A stretch of DNA of 64,000 bases from Candidatus Velthaea sp. (GTDB lineage: Bacteria; Vulcanimicrobiota; Vulcanimicrobiia; Vulcanimicrobiales; Vulcanimicrobiaceae). Under the pieces are notes generated by a model. It was not told where the DNA came from and did not search any database. It saw only the letters and a list, made by a program, of their open reading frames with translations. The DNA lies in the NCBI GenBank assembly GCA_050012475.1, contig JBEKHC010000010.1:11416-75415 (forward strand). The letters run 5' to 3'. Position 1 is the first letter of the stretch; every line of letters begins with the position of its first letter. Positions 39,920-48,090 of the stretch are shown here, piece after piece. The translations under genes and the position numbers were made by a program.

Positions 39920-40177
39920 TCAGCGCTGCGCGACGAGTTCGGTGATCCGAACGCCGTAATTGTCGCCCACCGCCACGATGTCGCCGCGGGCAACGATTTT
40001 GTCGTTGACGAGCAAATCGATCGGTCCGCCGGCGCAGCGATTGAGGTCCAGGATCGATCCGGTGCCCAGTTGCAAGACCTCTTCGATCGTCAGCTTGCAC
40101 GTGCCGAGTTCAGCGGTCACGTGCAGCGGCACGTGCATGAGCAGCTCGAAGTTGCCGTACTCGTCGGGCGGGCTCAT
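39920..40177 (-). CDS. fliN: C-ring protein FliN
   Basis: VPL.V..ELG, L..GS...L....G.PID..VN...ARG..V.V...YGVRITE; ATG 40177 overlaps the upstream stop. Confidence 0.9.
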   Translation of the reverse strand: MSPPDEYGNFELLMHVPLHVTAELGTCKLTIEEVLQLGTGSILDLNRCAGGPIDLLVNDKIVARGDIVAVGDNYGVRITELVAQR

Positions 40178-40986
40178 GTCGTCGCCTCCCGGCGGCCCGC
40201 AGCCGCGATGACAACCGCGTTGCTTTGGGCGCGGATGCCGCAGTCGCCGCTGGCGACGACGCAATCGCCGATCTTGACCATCGTCGGCGCACCGATCTTC
40301 GTATCGAGCCGCACCGTCTGTCCCACCCGCCAGGCCGCGATTTCGCGCGCGTTGACGACCGCCTCGGCGAACTGCGCGCGAACGTCGAGCGCGATGCCGG
40401 ACAACATCGAACGCTCCAGCTTGCCGCCGAAGCGCGGACCCGGATCTTGCGAGAGCCCGATGCCGATCACGGCATCGAACGGCAGGCCGATCCGCAACTC
40501 GAAATACGTGACGCAGCGTGCGTCTTCACGCTCGGGTTCGATCCGTGCGAGGCCGTTCGCGTCGCCGCAGAACGGTGCGCAGAGCGCCGCGACCTCGGCG
40601 GCGATGCGTTCGAGCGCACGTTCTTCGAGCGCAGAAAGCGGCACGTTTTCGCCGCCGCACTCTTCGCCGAACACGCCCTGCGCGATGCGCCGCGCGTCGC
40701 GCCGGCGGAACACGACGTAGAGGTCGCAGATACTGCCACGCGCCCGGTACAGGCTTCCGCGCTCGAAAAGGACGCGCTGCGTGCCGTCTTTGACGAGCAC
40801 GGGCGCAAAGACGTCGAGCGTCAACTCGCGGGCCAGCAGGTTCGAGAGCCGGGCTCGCGCGTGATTGGCCGCTGCACACACGGCGGAAATCGGCAAGTCC
40901 GTGACCGGCTCGAAATAGGTCTCACGAACGAGTTTCGCGCCCGACGCGCCGCTGGGTTGGGCCCGAAAGCGCAGCATCGTGATCAC
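40174..40986 (-). CDS. Divergent FliM/SctQ-like C-ring protein with C-terminal SpoA domain
   Basis: C-terminal I..W.VG..V.LD.....P...KIG......G..G; LS.LE...L middle motif; upstream of fliN. Confidence 0.65.
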   Translation of the reverse strand: MITMLRFRAQPSGASGAKLVRETYFEPVTDLPISAVCAAANHARARLSNLLARELTLDVFAPVLVKDGTQRVLFERGSLYRARGSICDLYVVFRRRDARRIAQGVFGEECGGENVPLSALEERALERIAAEVAALCAPFCGDANGLARIEPEREDARCVTYFELRIGLPFDAVIGIGLSQDPGPRFGGKLERSMLSGIALDVRAQFAEAVVNAREIAAWRVGQTVRLDTKIGAPTMVKIGDCVVASGDCGIRAQSNAVVIAAAGRREATT

Positions 40987-41711
40987 TTGATGAGATCCAC
41001 GGCGATCTTGGCCGCGCGGGCATCGGCCTGTGTGCCCGCGCTCATAGCATCGAGCGCGAGGAACGCCTCGCGAAGCTGAACGAGCCCGGCCTCGAAGTCG
41101 ACCGACCCGAGGTCGCGCGATTGCGTCGCGAGCGCCCCGAACGATCCTTCCGTCGCCCGCCCGACGGTCGCGACGATACCGGGCGCGGGCACCGCCTGCG
41201 TCGCGCCTACGCGCTGCAGTTCGGTTCCGGCCGGGAAGCGCGCTAAAGCCACCCGCCCGACGGCGACGCGTTCTTTGGACGGTTTGTTGGTCTTGGGATC
41301 GATCACGGTGCGCGTGTAGGCGACGGTGCCGTCGGCCTCGACGTGCGCTTCGCTCACCCGTCCCAGCGCGGCATCGACGGGATCGACATGCAGCGGCTGC
41401 GGCGACGCGCCCCGCGCCGCGGCGGGAAAGCCCAGCACCGCCGAACCGTCGGCGAAGCGAACGGTCCCGTCGACGACGGCGAAACTTCCGTCGCGCGAAT
41501 AAAACGGCTTCGCGGCTTTATCCAGGCCCATGAAGTAGGCGTGTTCGGGAGCCGCAACGCTCATCGGATCGAGCGCCGGTTTCGGGGGCGCCGGCGTCGC
41601 GCTGCGCACATCGTGATACGTGGCTTCGTACCCAGGCACATACGCGTTGAGCATCTCTTGGGTGCGCGCCGCGAGTTCGCTGAGCGCTTGCGCCGGACCG
41701 GGATTGATCAT
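40983..41711 (-). CDS. Short, degenerate FlgE/FlgG-family axial protein (242 aa)
   Basis: FYSRDGSF, GSAVLGFP, VGRVALARFP....L, LGSVD near C-terminus; ANNIAN motif eroded. Confidence 0.65.
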   Translation of the reverse strand: MINPGPAQALSELAARTQEMLNAYVPGYEATYHDVRSATPAPPKPALDPMSVAAPEHAYFMGLDKAAKPFYSRDGSFAVVDGTVRFADGSAVLGFPAAARGASPQPLHVDPVDAALGRVSEAHVEADGTVAYTRTVIDPKTNKPSKERVAVGRVALARFPAGTELQRVGATQAVPAPGIVATVGRATEGSFGALATQSRDLGSVDFEAGLVQLREAFLALDAMSAGTQADARAAKIAVDLIK

Positions 41712-42331
41712 GAATGCCCTTTCTGGATAGCATCGATCTCGATACGCACGCCGCGGCGCAGCAACGCGGCACGGGCTGCATCGAGTGCGGCCGCGACGCG
41801 CGGCGAGTTCCGGCCGTCATAGATGGCGATCAGACGCAGCACGGTACCGTGTTGCTGCACGAGCAGGTCGACGCCTGTGCCGTCGCCGAGTCTCGCCCGG
41901 CAATGGATTCGCTTGCGTACGATCGCGCCGGCGGCCGGCCGGAGCGTTGCCGTGACGCGCTGCTTGCGAGCCGGCAGCGCCGGGGAAAGCGCCGGCGCTG
42001 AGCTGACGAGCCGCATGCGCAGCGCCCGTTGCGCGAACGCGTTTGGGCTCGCGCCGGTTTGTGCTCCTGCACGCGCCGGCGCAGCGCGCAACGCCGCGGC
42101 AGCGCCGGCGACGAGCTCGGGGCGATTGCGTCCATTCGCGGCCGGTGGCTGCGCCGTAGCGCGCGGATGGAAGAGCGCGCGATACCACGCTTCAGAAAGC
42201 GCGCGGCGATCCGTGTACACCGAAGGCGATGCAAACGAAGCATTCGGCGGCTGCGGTACGATCTCGTTCACGGACGCTGTTCCGGCATGAACGAAGCGTA
42301 GCGCCGGAATTTGGGACGGCCGTGACCGCAT
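41708..42331 (-). CDS. FliK-like ruler protein (low-complexity N-terminus, T3S4-like C-terminus)
   Basis: Ala/Pro/Arg-rich region then G.VDLLV.....LRL.......V..AL...R.AL..RGV.I; ATGA-coupled to the FlgE-like gene; start 42331 or 42271. Confidence 0.45.
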   Translation of the reverse strand: MRSRPSQIPALRFVHAGTASVNEIVPQPPNASFASPSVYTDRRALSEAWYRALFHPRATAQPPAANGRNRPELVAGAAAALRAAPARAGAQTGASPNAFAQRALRMRLVSSAPALSPALPARKQRVTATLRPAAGAIVRKRIHCRARLGDGTGVDLLVQQHGTVLRLIAIYDGRNSPRVAAALDAARAALLRRGVRIEIDAIQKGHS

Positions 42332-42395
42332 TATGGTCCGGGTGTGTGCCGACGCGGGCGCGATCGCTTCGCTGAGCCCGCGCAGCGTGCGGCGG

Positions 42396-43076
42396 TTACG
42401 CGGCCACAAACTTATAGCCGTACCCATAGATCGTCGTGAGGCAGGGCGGTAACTGCAGCTGCTCTTCGACTTTCGTCCGAACGCGCCGAATGTGTCCGTC
42501 GACGGTGCGGTCGTCGCCGTCGTAATCGAAACCCCACACCTTTTGCAGCAAGGTTTTGCGCGACAGCACGACGCCGGGATTGCTGGCCAGCGCCCATAGC
42601 AGCGAGAACTCCTTGGGGCGTAAACCGGCGTCGACACCGTCGACGCGCGCGACGCGCGCGCCTTCGTCGAGTTCGAGCCGTCCATAGCGCAGCACGCGCG
42701 CGGCCGGCTCGGCGTCGGCCGTCTTGCGCCGCAAGATCGCGCGCACACGGCACACGACTTCGCGCGGAAAGAACGGTTTGGCGACGAAATCGTCTGCCCC
42801 CAGTTCGAACGTCACGACCCGGTCGATCTCGTCGGTTCGGCCGCTGAGCACGAGGACGGGAATGGACCGGTTCTCGCCGCGCAACGTCCGCATGACGCCC
42901 ATTCCGTCGATCACCGGTAAGCCCAGATCGAGGATCACGAGTTCGGCGCCTTCGCGAACGTGACGCAGCGCCGCGCAGCCGTCGGCGGCTTCCACGGCAT
43001 CAAAGCCCTCACTCTTGAGGTGAAAGACCATCAGGCTTCGAACGGCCTGATCGTCGTCGGCTACTACGATACGCAT
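42396..43076 (-). CDS. OmpR/PhoB family response regulator
   Basis: VADDD, ILDLGLP..DG, GADDF..KPF, wHTH L.PKEF.LL, RTVDGHIRR.R.K, TIYG.GYKF; no kinase adjacent. Confidence 0.95.
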   Translation of the reverse strand: MRIVVADDDQAVRSLMVFHLKSEGFDAVEAADGCAALRHVREGAELVILDLGLPVIDGMGVMRTLRGENRSIPVLVLSGRTDEIDRVVTFELGADDFVAKPFFPREVVCRVRAILRRKTADAEPAARVLRYGRLELDEGARVARVDGVDAGLRPKEFSLLWALASNPGVVLSRKTLLQKVWGFDYDGDDRTVDGHIRRVRTKVEEQLQLPPCLTTIYGYGYKFVAA

Positions 43077-43563
43077 TTATGCTCCAAGCTTTCTGGGGCG
43101 AAACACACGCTGCACGGTCCCGCCGCAACGAAACGACCGCGAACGCACCACGCAGGTGTGACGGCAAAGAGATCTCGAGATGTGCGAATGGCGCCAACGC
43201 CGTACGCGAGGCGTGCAATTGTGACGCGATGTTGAGCGTGTGTGCAAAATCTTCCAATGCCGCGGTCACAACCGGCGCGTAACATGACGGGATGGGAGAC
43301 CGAAACGCGCCCACATCGACGCCCCACGTCGCGCGCAGCGCGTCTGGCGGGGGCGAATCGTCCGGACAAACCGTGAATGTTCGAGCTGGCGGCAATCCTG
43401 GCATTGCCCTGGTGACGACGCTTGCTCCCCGACGTATCACCCGGTGCAGCACTTGTGCGACCGTTCACAATCGAACCAATCAGGCAAACGCGCGCGCACA
43501 CATCCGGTCGGCGCTTGCCGCCTTCGCGTCGGCCCGGCGACCGAGGCCTGACGGTCAGGCGCG

Positions 43564-44013
43564 ATGAGCGATATTCCTACCGTGCTGCGCATCGTCTCGG
43601 CATTCGCCGTCGTTGTGCTGCTGTTGTACGCCTTTGCCGTCGTCGCGCGCCAGCGCCGGGGAACGAAACTGCACGCGCGCAGCGATCGGCTCATCACGGT
43701 GATCGAGACGACGCCCCTGACGCAGAACGCGTCGCTGCACGTCGTGAAAGTGGGCGAGCGCTACCAGGTGATCGCGCTGACGTCGGCTACCGTTTCGCAG
43801 CTAGGTGAAATCGAGCCGGCAACGGTCGGACGCATCGCCGGCTCGCGCGATGCACCGTCGTTCTTTGCCGGAGCCGGCCGGCGGCCGAGCGCCCCTGCCG
43901 GGCAGCCGCCGCGAAGATCGCGGACCGGAGACGCTCAACCGGGCTGCGACGGCAATGCTCCAGACGGCGCGCACGGTACGGATCCATTTGATCGATCGGC
44001 CGCGCCTCAGTGA
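43564..44013 (+). CDS. fliO: FliO-like export gate chaperone
   Basis: N-terminal TM, then I.VIETT.L.....LHVVKVG.RY.VI......V..L.EI; C-terminal tail runs into the pseudogene. Confidence 0.75.
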   Translation: MSDIPTVLRIVSAFAVVVLLLYAFAVVARQRRGTKLHARSDRLITVIETTPLTQNASLHVVKVGERYQVIALTSATVSQLGEIEPATVGRIAGSRDAPSFFAGAGRRPSAPAGQPPRRSRTGDAQPGCDGNAPDGAHGTDPFDRSAAPQ

Positions 44014-44217
44014 GGTTGACGTGCCGCTCAAGTTCAAGGCGCCGCGCGCGCACTGTCGCTGCTGACCTACCTCTTCGTCCACCGAAGCGCGCCGTTGAGC
44101 CGCGCACCAACGACGTGCTGCCGCCGCCCGCCCGGGGGACGCCGTGGATCGTCGCCGACAAGCGCACCATCGGTTGGAACGCTCAGGCTCCAGCTTGCTG
44201 CGATCTGCGCGCATTCG
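43955..44217 (+). pseudogene. Truncated, frameshifted copy of the 5' end of the BTAD-NB-ARC-TPR gene
   Basis: Near-identical to 48091-48432 (ATGCTCCAGACGGCGCGCACGGTACGGATCCATTTG...), with a 1-bp deletion near 44043 and an ~80-bp deletion near 44104. Confidence 0.85.
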
Positions 44218-47200
44218 TTATTCGCAAACCGGAGCGCACGTCATCGACGCCTTCCGCGCCGCGGTGCTCTCGGCCGCGGCGATTTCGCTCGGGGGCGGCT
44301 CCATGGCGAGGATGGACGGCGTCTCATCCGGGAAATAGCAGCGCAACATGCCGTAACCGATCCCCGCCAGACCCGTGAGTAAGCCGGGAACGGGCTCGTT
44401 CGGAACGCATCCGCAGCGCCACGCTCTCCGGTCTTGGAATCGTTGAATCGCGCCGGTAGCGCGGCGCTTAGCTAAGGCACGTAAGTGAGGCCGGCCGGTG
44501 GAGCCGGCGGCCCACAGGAGCAACTCGATGTTCCCGAATTCACCGTGGCAAAGGCAATCGGTGGGCGAGATTGCCGAAGTCCGTATTGTTTCTAAGGCAT
44601 TATCGATATCGATCATCTCCGCCTTGCCGATACATCCCGGCGGGAGCGCGGCACGCGCCAATCCGATTCCCGGTGCCCCATGACACCAAGCCACAGGATA
44701 GCCTCCGCCGCCGCCCTCTGCGACACCTTCGCGAAAATCGGGCCAACCGGCTTTTGCATCGCAGTACACCGATCGCTCGTATTCGAACGCCTTCATTCCG
44801 GCAATCGTGAAGTCATCTCGGCTGGCATGATGGCCTACCTGTAGCAATGCCCAGCCGAACCCTGCGGCTCCGTGCGCAAAGCCGGTGAGCGGTGCGCGAC
44901 TGTTGCGGCTCGGCCATCCATACCCCATCTCACAGTCCATGTGCGTGGCGAGCAAATGCTCCGCAGCGCGCACTGCTGCATCCAAGAGAGCGGCGACGTG
45001 CGTGAGCCGATAGGCCGCGACCAGCACACCGCACATGCCTGCCGAGCCAGAGATAACGTCCAGCATTTTATCCTCGCGGGGATCGTCGGAAAGCTGGAGC
45101 AGAAACTCAATAGCGCGGTCGAACCAAGCTTGCTCTTGAAGTACCGTGGCGATGTGAAGCAGACCGTACGCGACGCTGCCGCGGCCCGAGAATGCGCCGC
45201 CGGCCGGAGTGCGGTTGTGGCGCACCGCAGCCAAAGATGTTTGTCCGCATAGCCTGGCCGTATGCAGCAGACGGTCGTCTACAAGACGTGCACCCGCGTA
45301 GCAGAGGAATACCCCGATTCCGGAAACACCGTCGTACAGGTCAGGTCCGACCGCCGAAAGCCGGCTTCCGTCATAACCGTTTTGCGCGAGGCCAATCCAG
45401 TCAATCTCTTCGTCGCGTTGAATTGCACGATCGCAAACCATGCCGGCAACCGTTCGAATCTCGCTTACTATTTCGTCCCGATCTAGCGCATTTTCCGGCA
45501 CCGGACGCGGAAGAGCCGATTCCGTGCCGGGCTCGCCCCGCCTGCGCAACGTGGCCATGGACAATCGCACAATGTCCTTTTGGAACGCCAAATTGTCTTC
45601 CGCGAGCCCCGCTGCACGTGCTCGGATCGCTGTCGCGGCATCCTCTTCCAAGAAGTCTGGAATCTCTACGTGCTGCTCGTCGAAGACGGACGTCGCTTGG
45701 GGGAAGCTCGTAAACCTTGGTATGTCGCCGGCAAAGAGGGCCGCCAACTCGGACTTTAGTAAGGGTCCGGCCGAAGGTATGACGCGGCTTCGTTGAGCGA
45801 GATTGGCCAGCACGAGTTCGCGGTAAACCGAGCGCCCTAGAAAATCAGGATGCGTAGCGCGGTGCAACAGCGCCGCATAAGCGAACGTCGCCAACGGTAC
45901 ATGCCGCACCTTGGCACCCAGCAATCTCGCAACCGGTCCCCAAGGAGACAACAGTGCCGAAGCGTTCGCCTGCAGCACGCGATAGCACGTCTCGAAGCCT
46001 TGAGTCACCTCGTCGGAATAGAACGACGGATTTACCCGCTTGCCTTCATACGTTGGGCGATTCGCATTTTCCAGCACGGCGACGCGCTTGCGGACGACCC
46101 TTATTGCTCCGTCGTCTTGAGTTTCAATCACGTCACTCTTATTCTTGTAATATTGCCCTTCACGATTGCCGATGCCGCTCAAATCCGGGCTAGGCGTTTC
46201 CAGATCCGCACTTGCCCAGCCCGGCAACAGCCCGCATGCAAAGACGGAATGCCGCAGCATCTGCTCGCCGCAGGTTGCCCGATAATCATCTCCGCTGAGC
46301 TTTGCGTCGGCATGCATGAGCGTTTCGAGATCGACCAGGACCGGCTGCTCCCCGCTCGCTATAATGTTCTCAGAGTGAAAGTCCGTTGCTTTCATCAGGT
46401 ACAAGACAGCCAAGAGAATGCCATGACGTATGTAGAACTGCCGAGCGGAGTCCTCCGCAGGCAGCGGCGCAGACTCCACGAACTCCACCCAGCCATAATC
46501 GGAACCCGCCACTACGTCGAGGACGCGTAATCGAGGCTCGATACCGACACTATTTAACCAGCTGATGAGCTGCTGATATCCGACGTCGACTTCGACGGAC
46601 CGCGGCTTGTAAACAAGCCTCCGGCCATCGGCGAATCCCAGGATGAGGACCCGTTTTCCGCCGTCGTGCGGGTCGGAAAGAGTTCCCTCGATGCTTTGCA
46701 GCGTACCGGGCGATCCTCGAAAAATCGTCGTTTGAATCTTCGGACCATCTTCGCGCAAACGAGTGAGAACGTCGTTAACGTTCTGCCGCCACTGCAAGAG
46801 CGTCGTCGCGATCAACCGTGTCAACCCCGGATAGGTTAGGTAGAGCCGCTGCAAGTATCGACCACGCTTCACCGCGGCTTGTGCAAATCGATCGACGATG
46901 GAGTCTTTGTCTTGCCCGGAAGCACCACCGGTGCACTGCCACAAGATGTTGGCCTCTAAAATAAACGTCCTATAAGACAAGGCACCAAGCTGTTCGGACA
47001 ACTGGATCAGCAGTGCTGTCCGCAGCGAGTTCCAATCTGCAGCATGGATCTCAGACAGCTCATCGATCCGCGCTTCGGCCCAGCTTAGAAACGGATACAG
47101 CGCTTTACGCAGTCCCGCGGCGCCAACTACTTGCTTATTCGACGCAGCAATATACTCGCTAGACAAAACCGTTACCAGGAGTTGATACCAGGAAGCGTCT

Positions 47201-47292
47201 TCGAACGCCGACGCGGAGACAAAACGCACGGATAGCGCCATGGACAGTTCTTCTTTGGAAACGCCGGTAAGCCGCAAGAACTGATCGAGCAC
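44218..47292 (-). CDS. lanM: Class II lanthipeptide synthetase LanM
   Basis: Dehydratase motifs SDPH.GG, YKPRS, DFHSENII..G..PVLVDLETL, GDIP.F; cyclase motifs LYDG..G, GFAHG..G, WCHGAPG, CLCHG, GL.TG.AGIG. Confidence 0.95.
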   Translation of the reverse strand: MLDQFLRLTGVSKEELSMALSVRFVSASAFEDASWYQLLVTVLSSEYIAASNKQVVGAAGLRKALYPFLSWAEARIDELSEIHAADWNSLRTALLIQLSEQLGALSYRTFILEANILWQCTGGASGQDKDSIVDRFAQAAVKRGRYLQRLYLTYPGLTRLIATTLLQWRQNVNDVLTRLREDGPKIQTTIFRGSPGTLQSIEGTLSDPHDGGKRVLILGFADGRRLVYKPRSVEVDVGYQQLISWLNSVGIEPRLRVLDVVAGSDYGWVEFVESAPLPAEDSARQFYIRHGILLAVLYLMKATDFHSENIIASGEQPVLVDLETLMHADAKLSGDDYRATCGEQMLRHSVFACGLLPGWASADLETPSPDLSGIGNREGQYYKNKSDVIETQDDGAIRVVRKRVAVLENANRPTYEGKRVNPSFYSDEVTQGFETCYRVLQANASALLSPWGPVARLLGAKVRHVPLATFAYAALLHRATHPDFLGRSVYRELVLANLAQRSRVIPSAGPLLKSELAALFAGDIPRFTSFPQATSVFDEQHVEIPDFLEEDAATAIRARAAGLAEDNLAFQKDIVRLSMATLRRRGEPGTESALPRPVPENALDRDEIVSEIRTVAGMVCDRAIQRDEEIDWIGLAQNGYDGSRLSAVGPDLYDGVSGIGVFLCYAGARLVDDRLLHTARLCGQTSLAAVRHNRTPAGGAFSGRGSVAYGLLHIATVLQEQAWFDRAIEFLLQLSDDPREDKMLDVISGSAGMCGVLVAAYRLTHVAALLDAAVRAAEHLLATHMDCEMGYGWPSRNSRAPLTGFAHGAAGFGWALLQVGHHASRDDFTIAGMKAFEYERSVYCDAKAGWPDFREGVAEGGGGGYPVAWCHGAPGIGLARAALPPGCIGKAEMIDIDNALETIRTSAISPTDCLCHGEFGNIELLLWAAGSTGRPHLRALAKRRATGAIQRFQDRRAWRCGCVPNEPVPGLLTGLAGIGYGMLRCYFPDETPSILAMEPPPSEIAAAESTAARKASMTCAPVCE

Positions 47293-47610
47293 GGCGTCGT
47301 TTTCGACAGGGAAAAATCGCTTTAGATCGGATGCCGCACGTCCGTGATCCCGCAGCCTCGCGCTCTCTTGCCATAGGAGGCTGAGGTGCTCCTTGACACT
47401 CGCAGCGCGGGCGGTAAAGTGCCTCGGTAAATGCTTGCCCGTGAGCGGGTACCTCGAAAGTTTGAGTCGCGGCAGAGGCCGATAACCGCTCGAAATGCAT
47501 CACCTGGCTAAACGTGCGCACGATGAAACCGGTCCGAACCATTGCTCGAATCGTTGAGGCGGACCGTTCGGCCCCCGCGGGTGATTAGCGGAGTATCGAA
47601 CCGTTCATTT

Positions 47611-47868
47611 TCAGCAGGGTGGTCGGTCGGTCGTATGAGGACAATGCTCGCCCAGGGTCTGGCACGGATCGGTACACACAACCCGAGAACATCCAGCACT
47701 TGTACAGCCGTCGCCAAGCGTGATTTCACAAAGTTGCACGCTCCAATCATTCTCGTCTTGGAGCGAGTCGCCGACCGGGTGCTTCGGTAGTCGCAACAAC
47801 GTCTCGATCGGCAGGTTGGAGCGGTATATCGGGTCGCGCCATGCTCGAGCCACGGTGTAACTGTCCAT
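47611..47868 (-). CDS. lanA: Lanthipeptide precursor with mersacidin/lichenicidin-like leader
   Basis: AAGGAG RBS; leader VARAWRDPIYRSNL......LPKHPVG; C-terminal 39 aa carry 7 Cys and 8 Ser/Thr; upstream of lanM. Confidence 0.88.
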   Translation of the reverse strand: MDSYTVARAWRDPIYRSNLPIETLLRLPKHPVGDSLQDENDWSVQLCEITLGDGCTSAGCSRVVCTDPCQTLGEHCPHTTDRPPC

Positions 47869-48090
47869 GTAAAACTCCTTGCCGGCAAGACAAGCGGGGC
47901 GTCAGAGATTTGATCTATTATTTCGGAAAATGAATCGACCCGTCAATACGAACCGGCTGCCCTTGATCGGATCGGATGCGTCGGCCCGCGCACTCAAGGC
48001 GCTGCCGTTTTCGCCGCAAGGAAGCGCCGGCAGACGCCGGGCCGGCGCGAAGGTCGGAGAGCGGACACGCTGAACCGGGCTACGACGGCA

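Noticed and set aside
43009..43501. ORFs or a c-di-GMP riboswitch between the response regulator and fliO
   Set aside because: Several overlapping ORFs with no recognisable motif, and GGCAAA words without the GEMM P2 context; a small real gene cannot be excluded
47456..47485. GAAAGTTT...GCCGATAA sigma-28-like promoter
   Set aside because: Spacer is 14 nt rather than 11 and it points antisense to lanA/lanM
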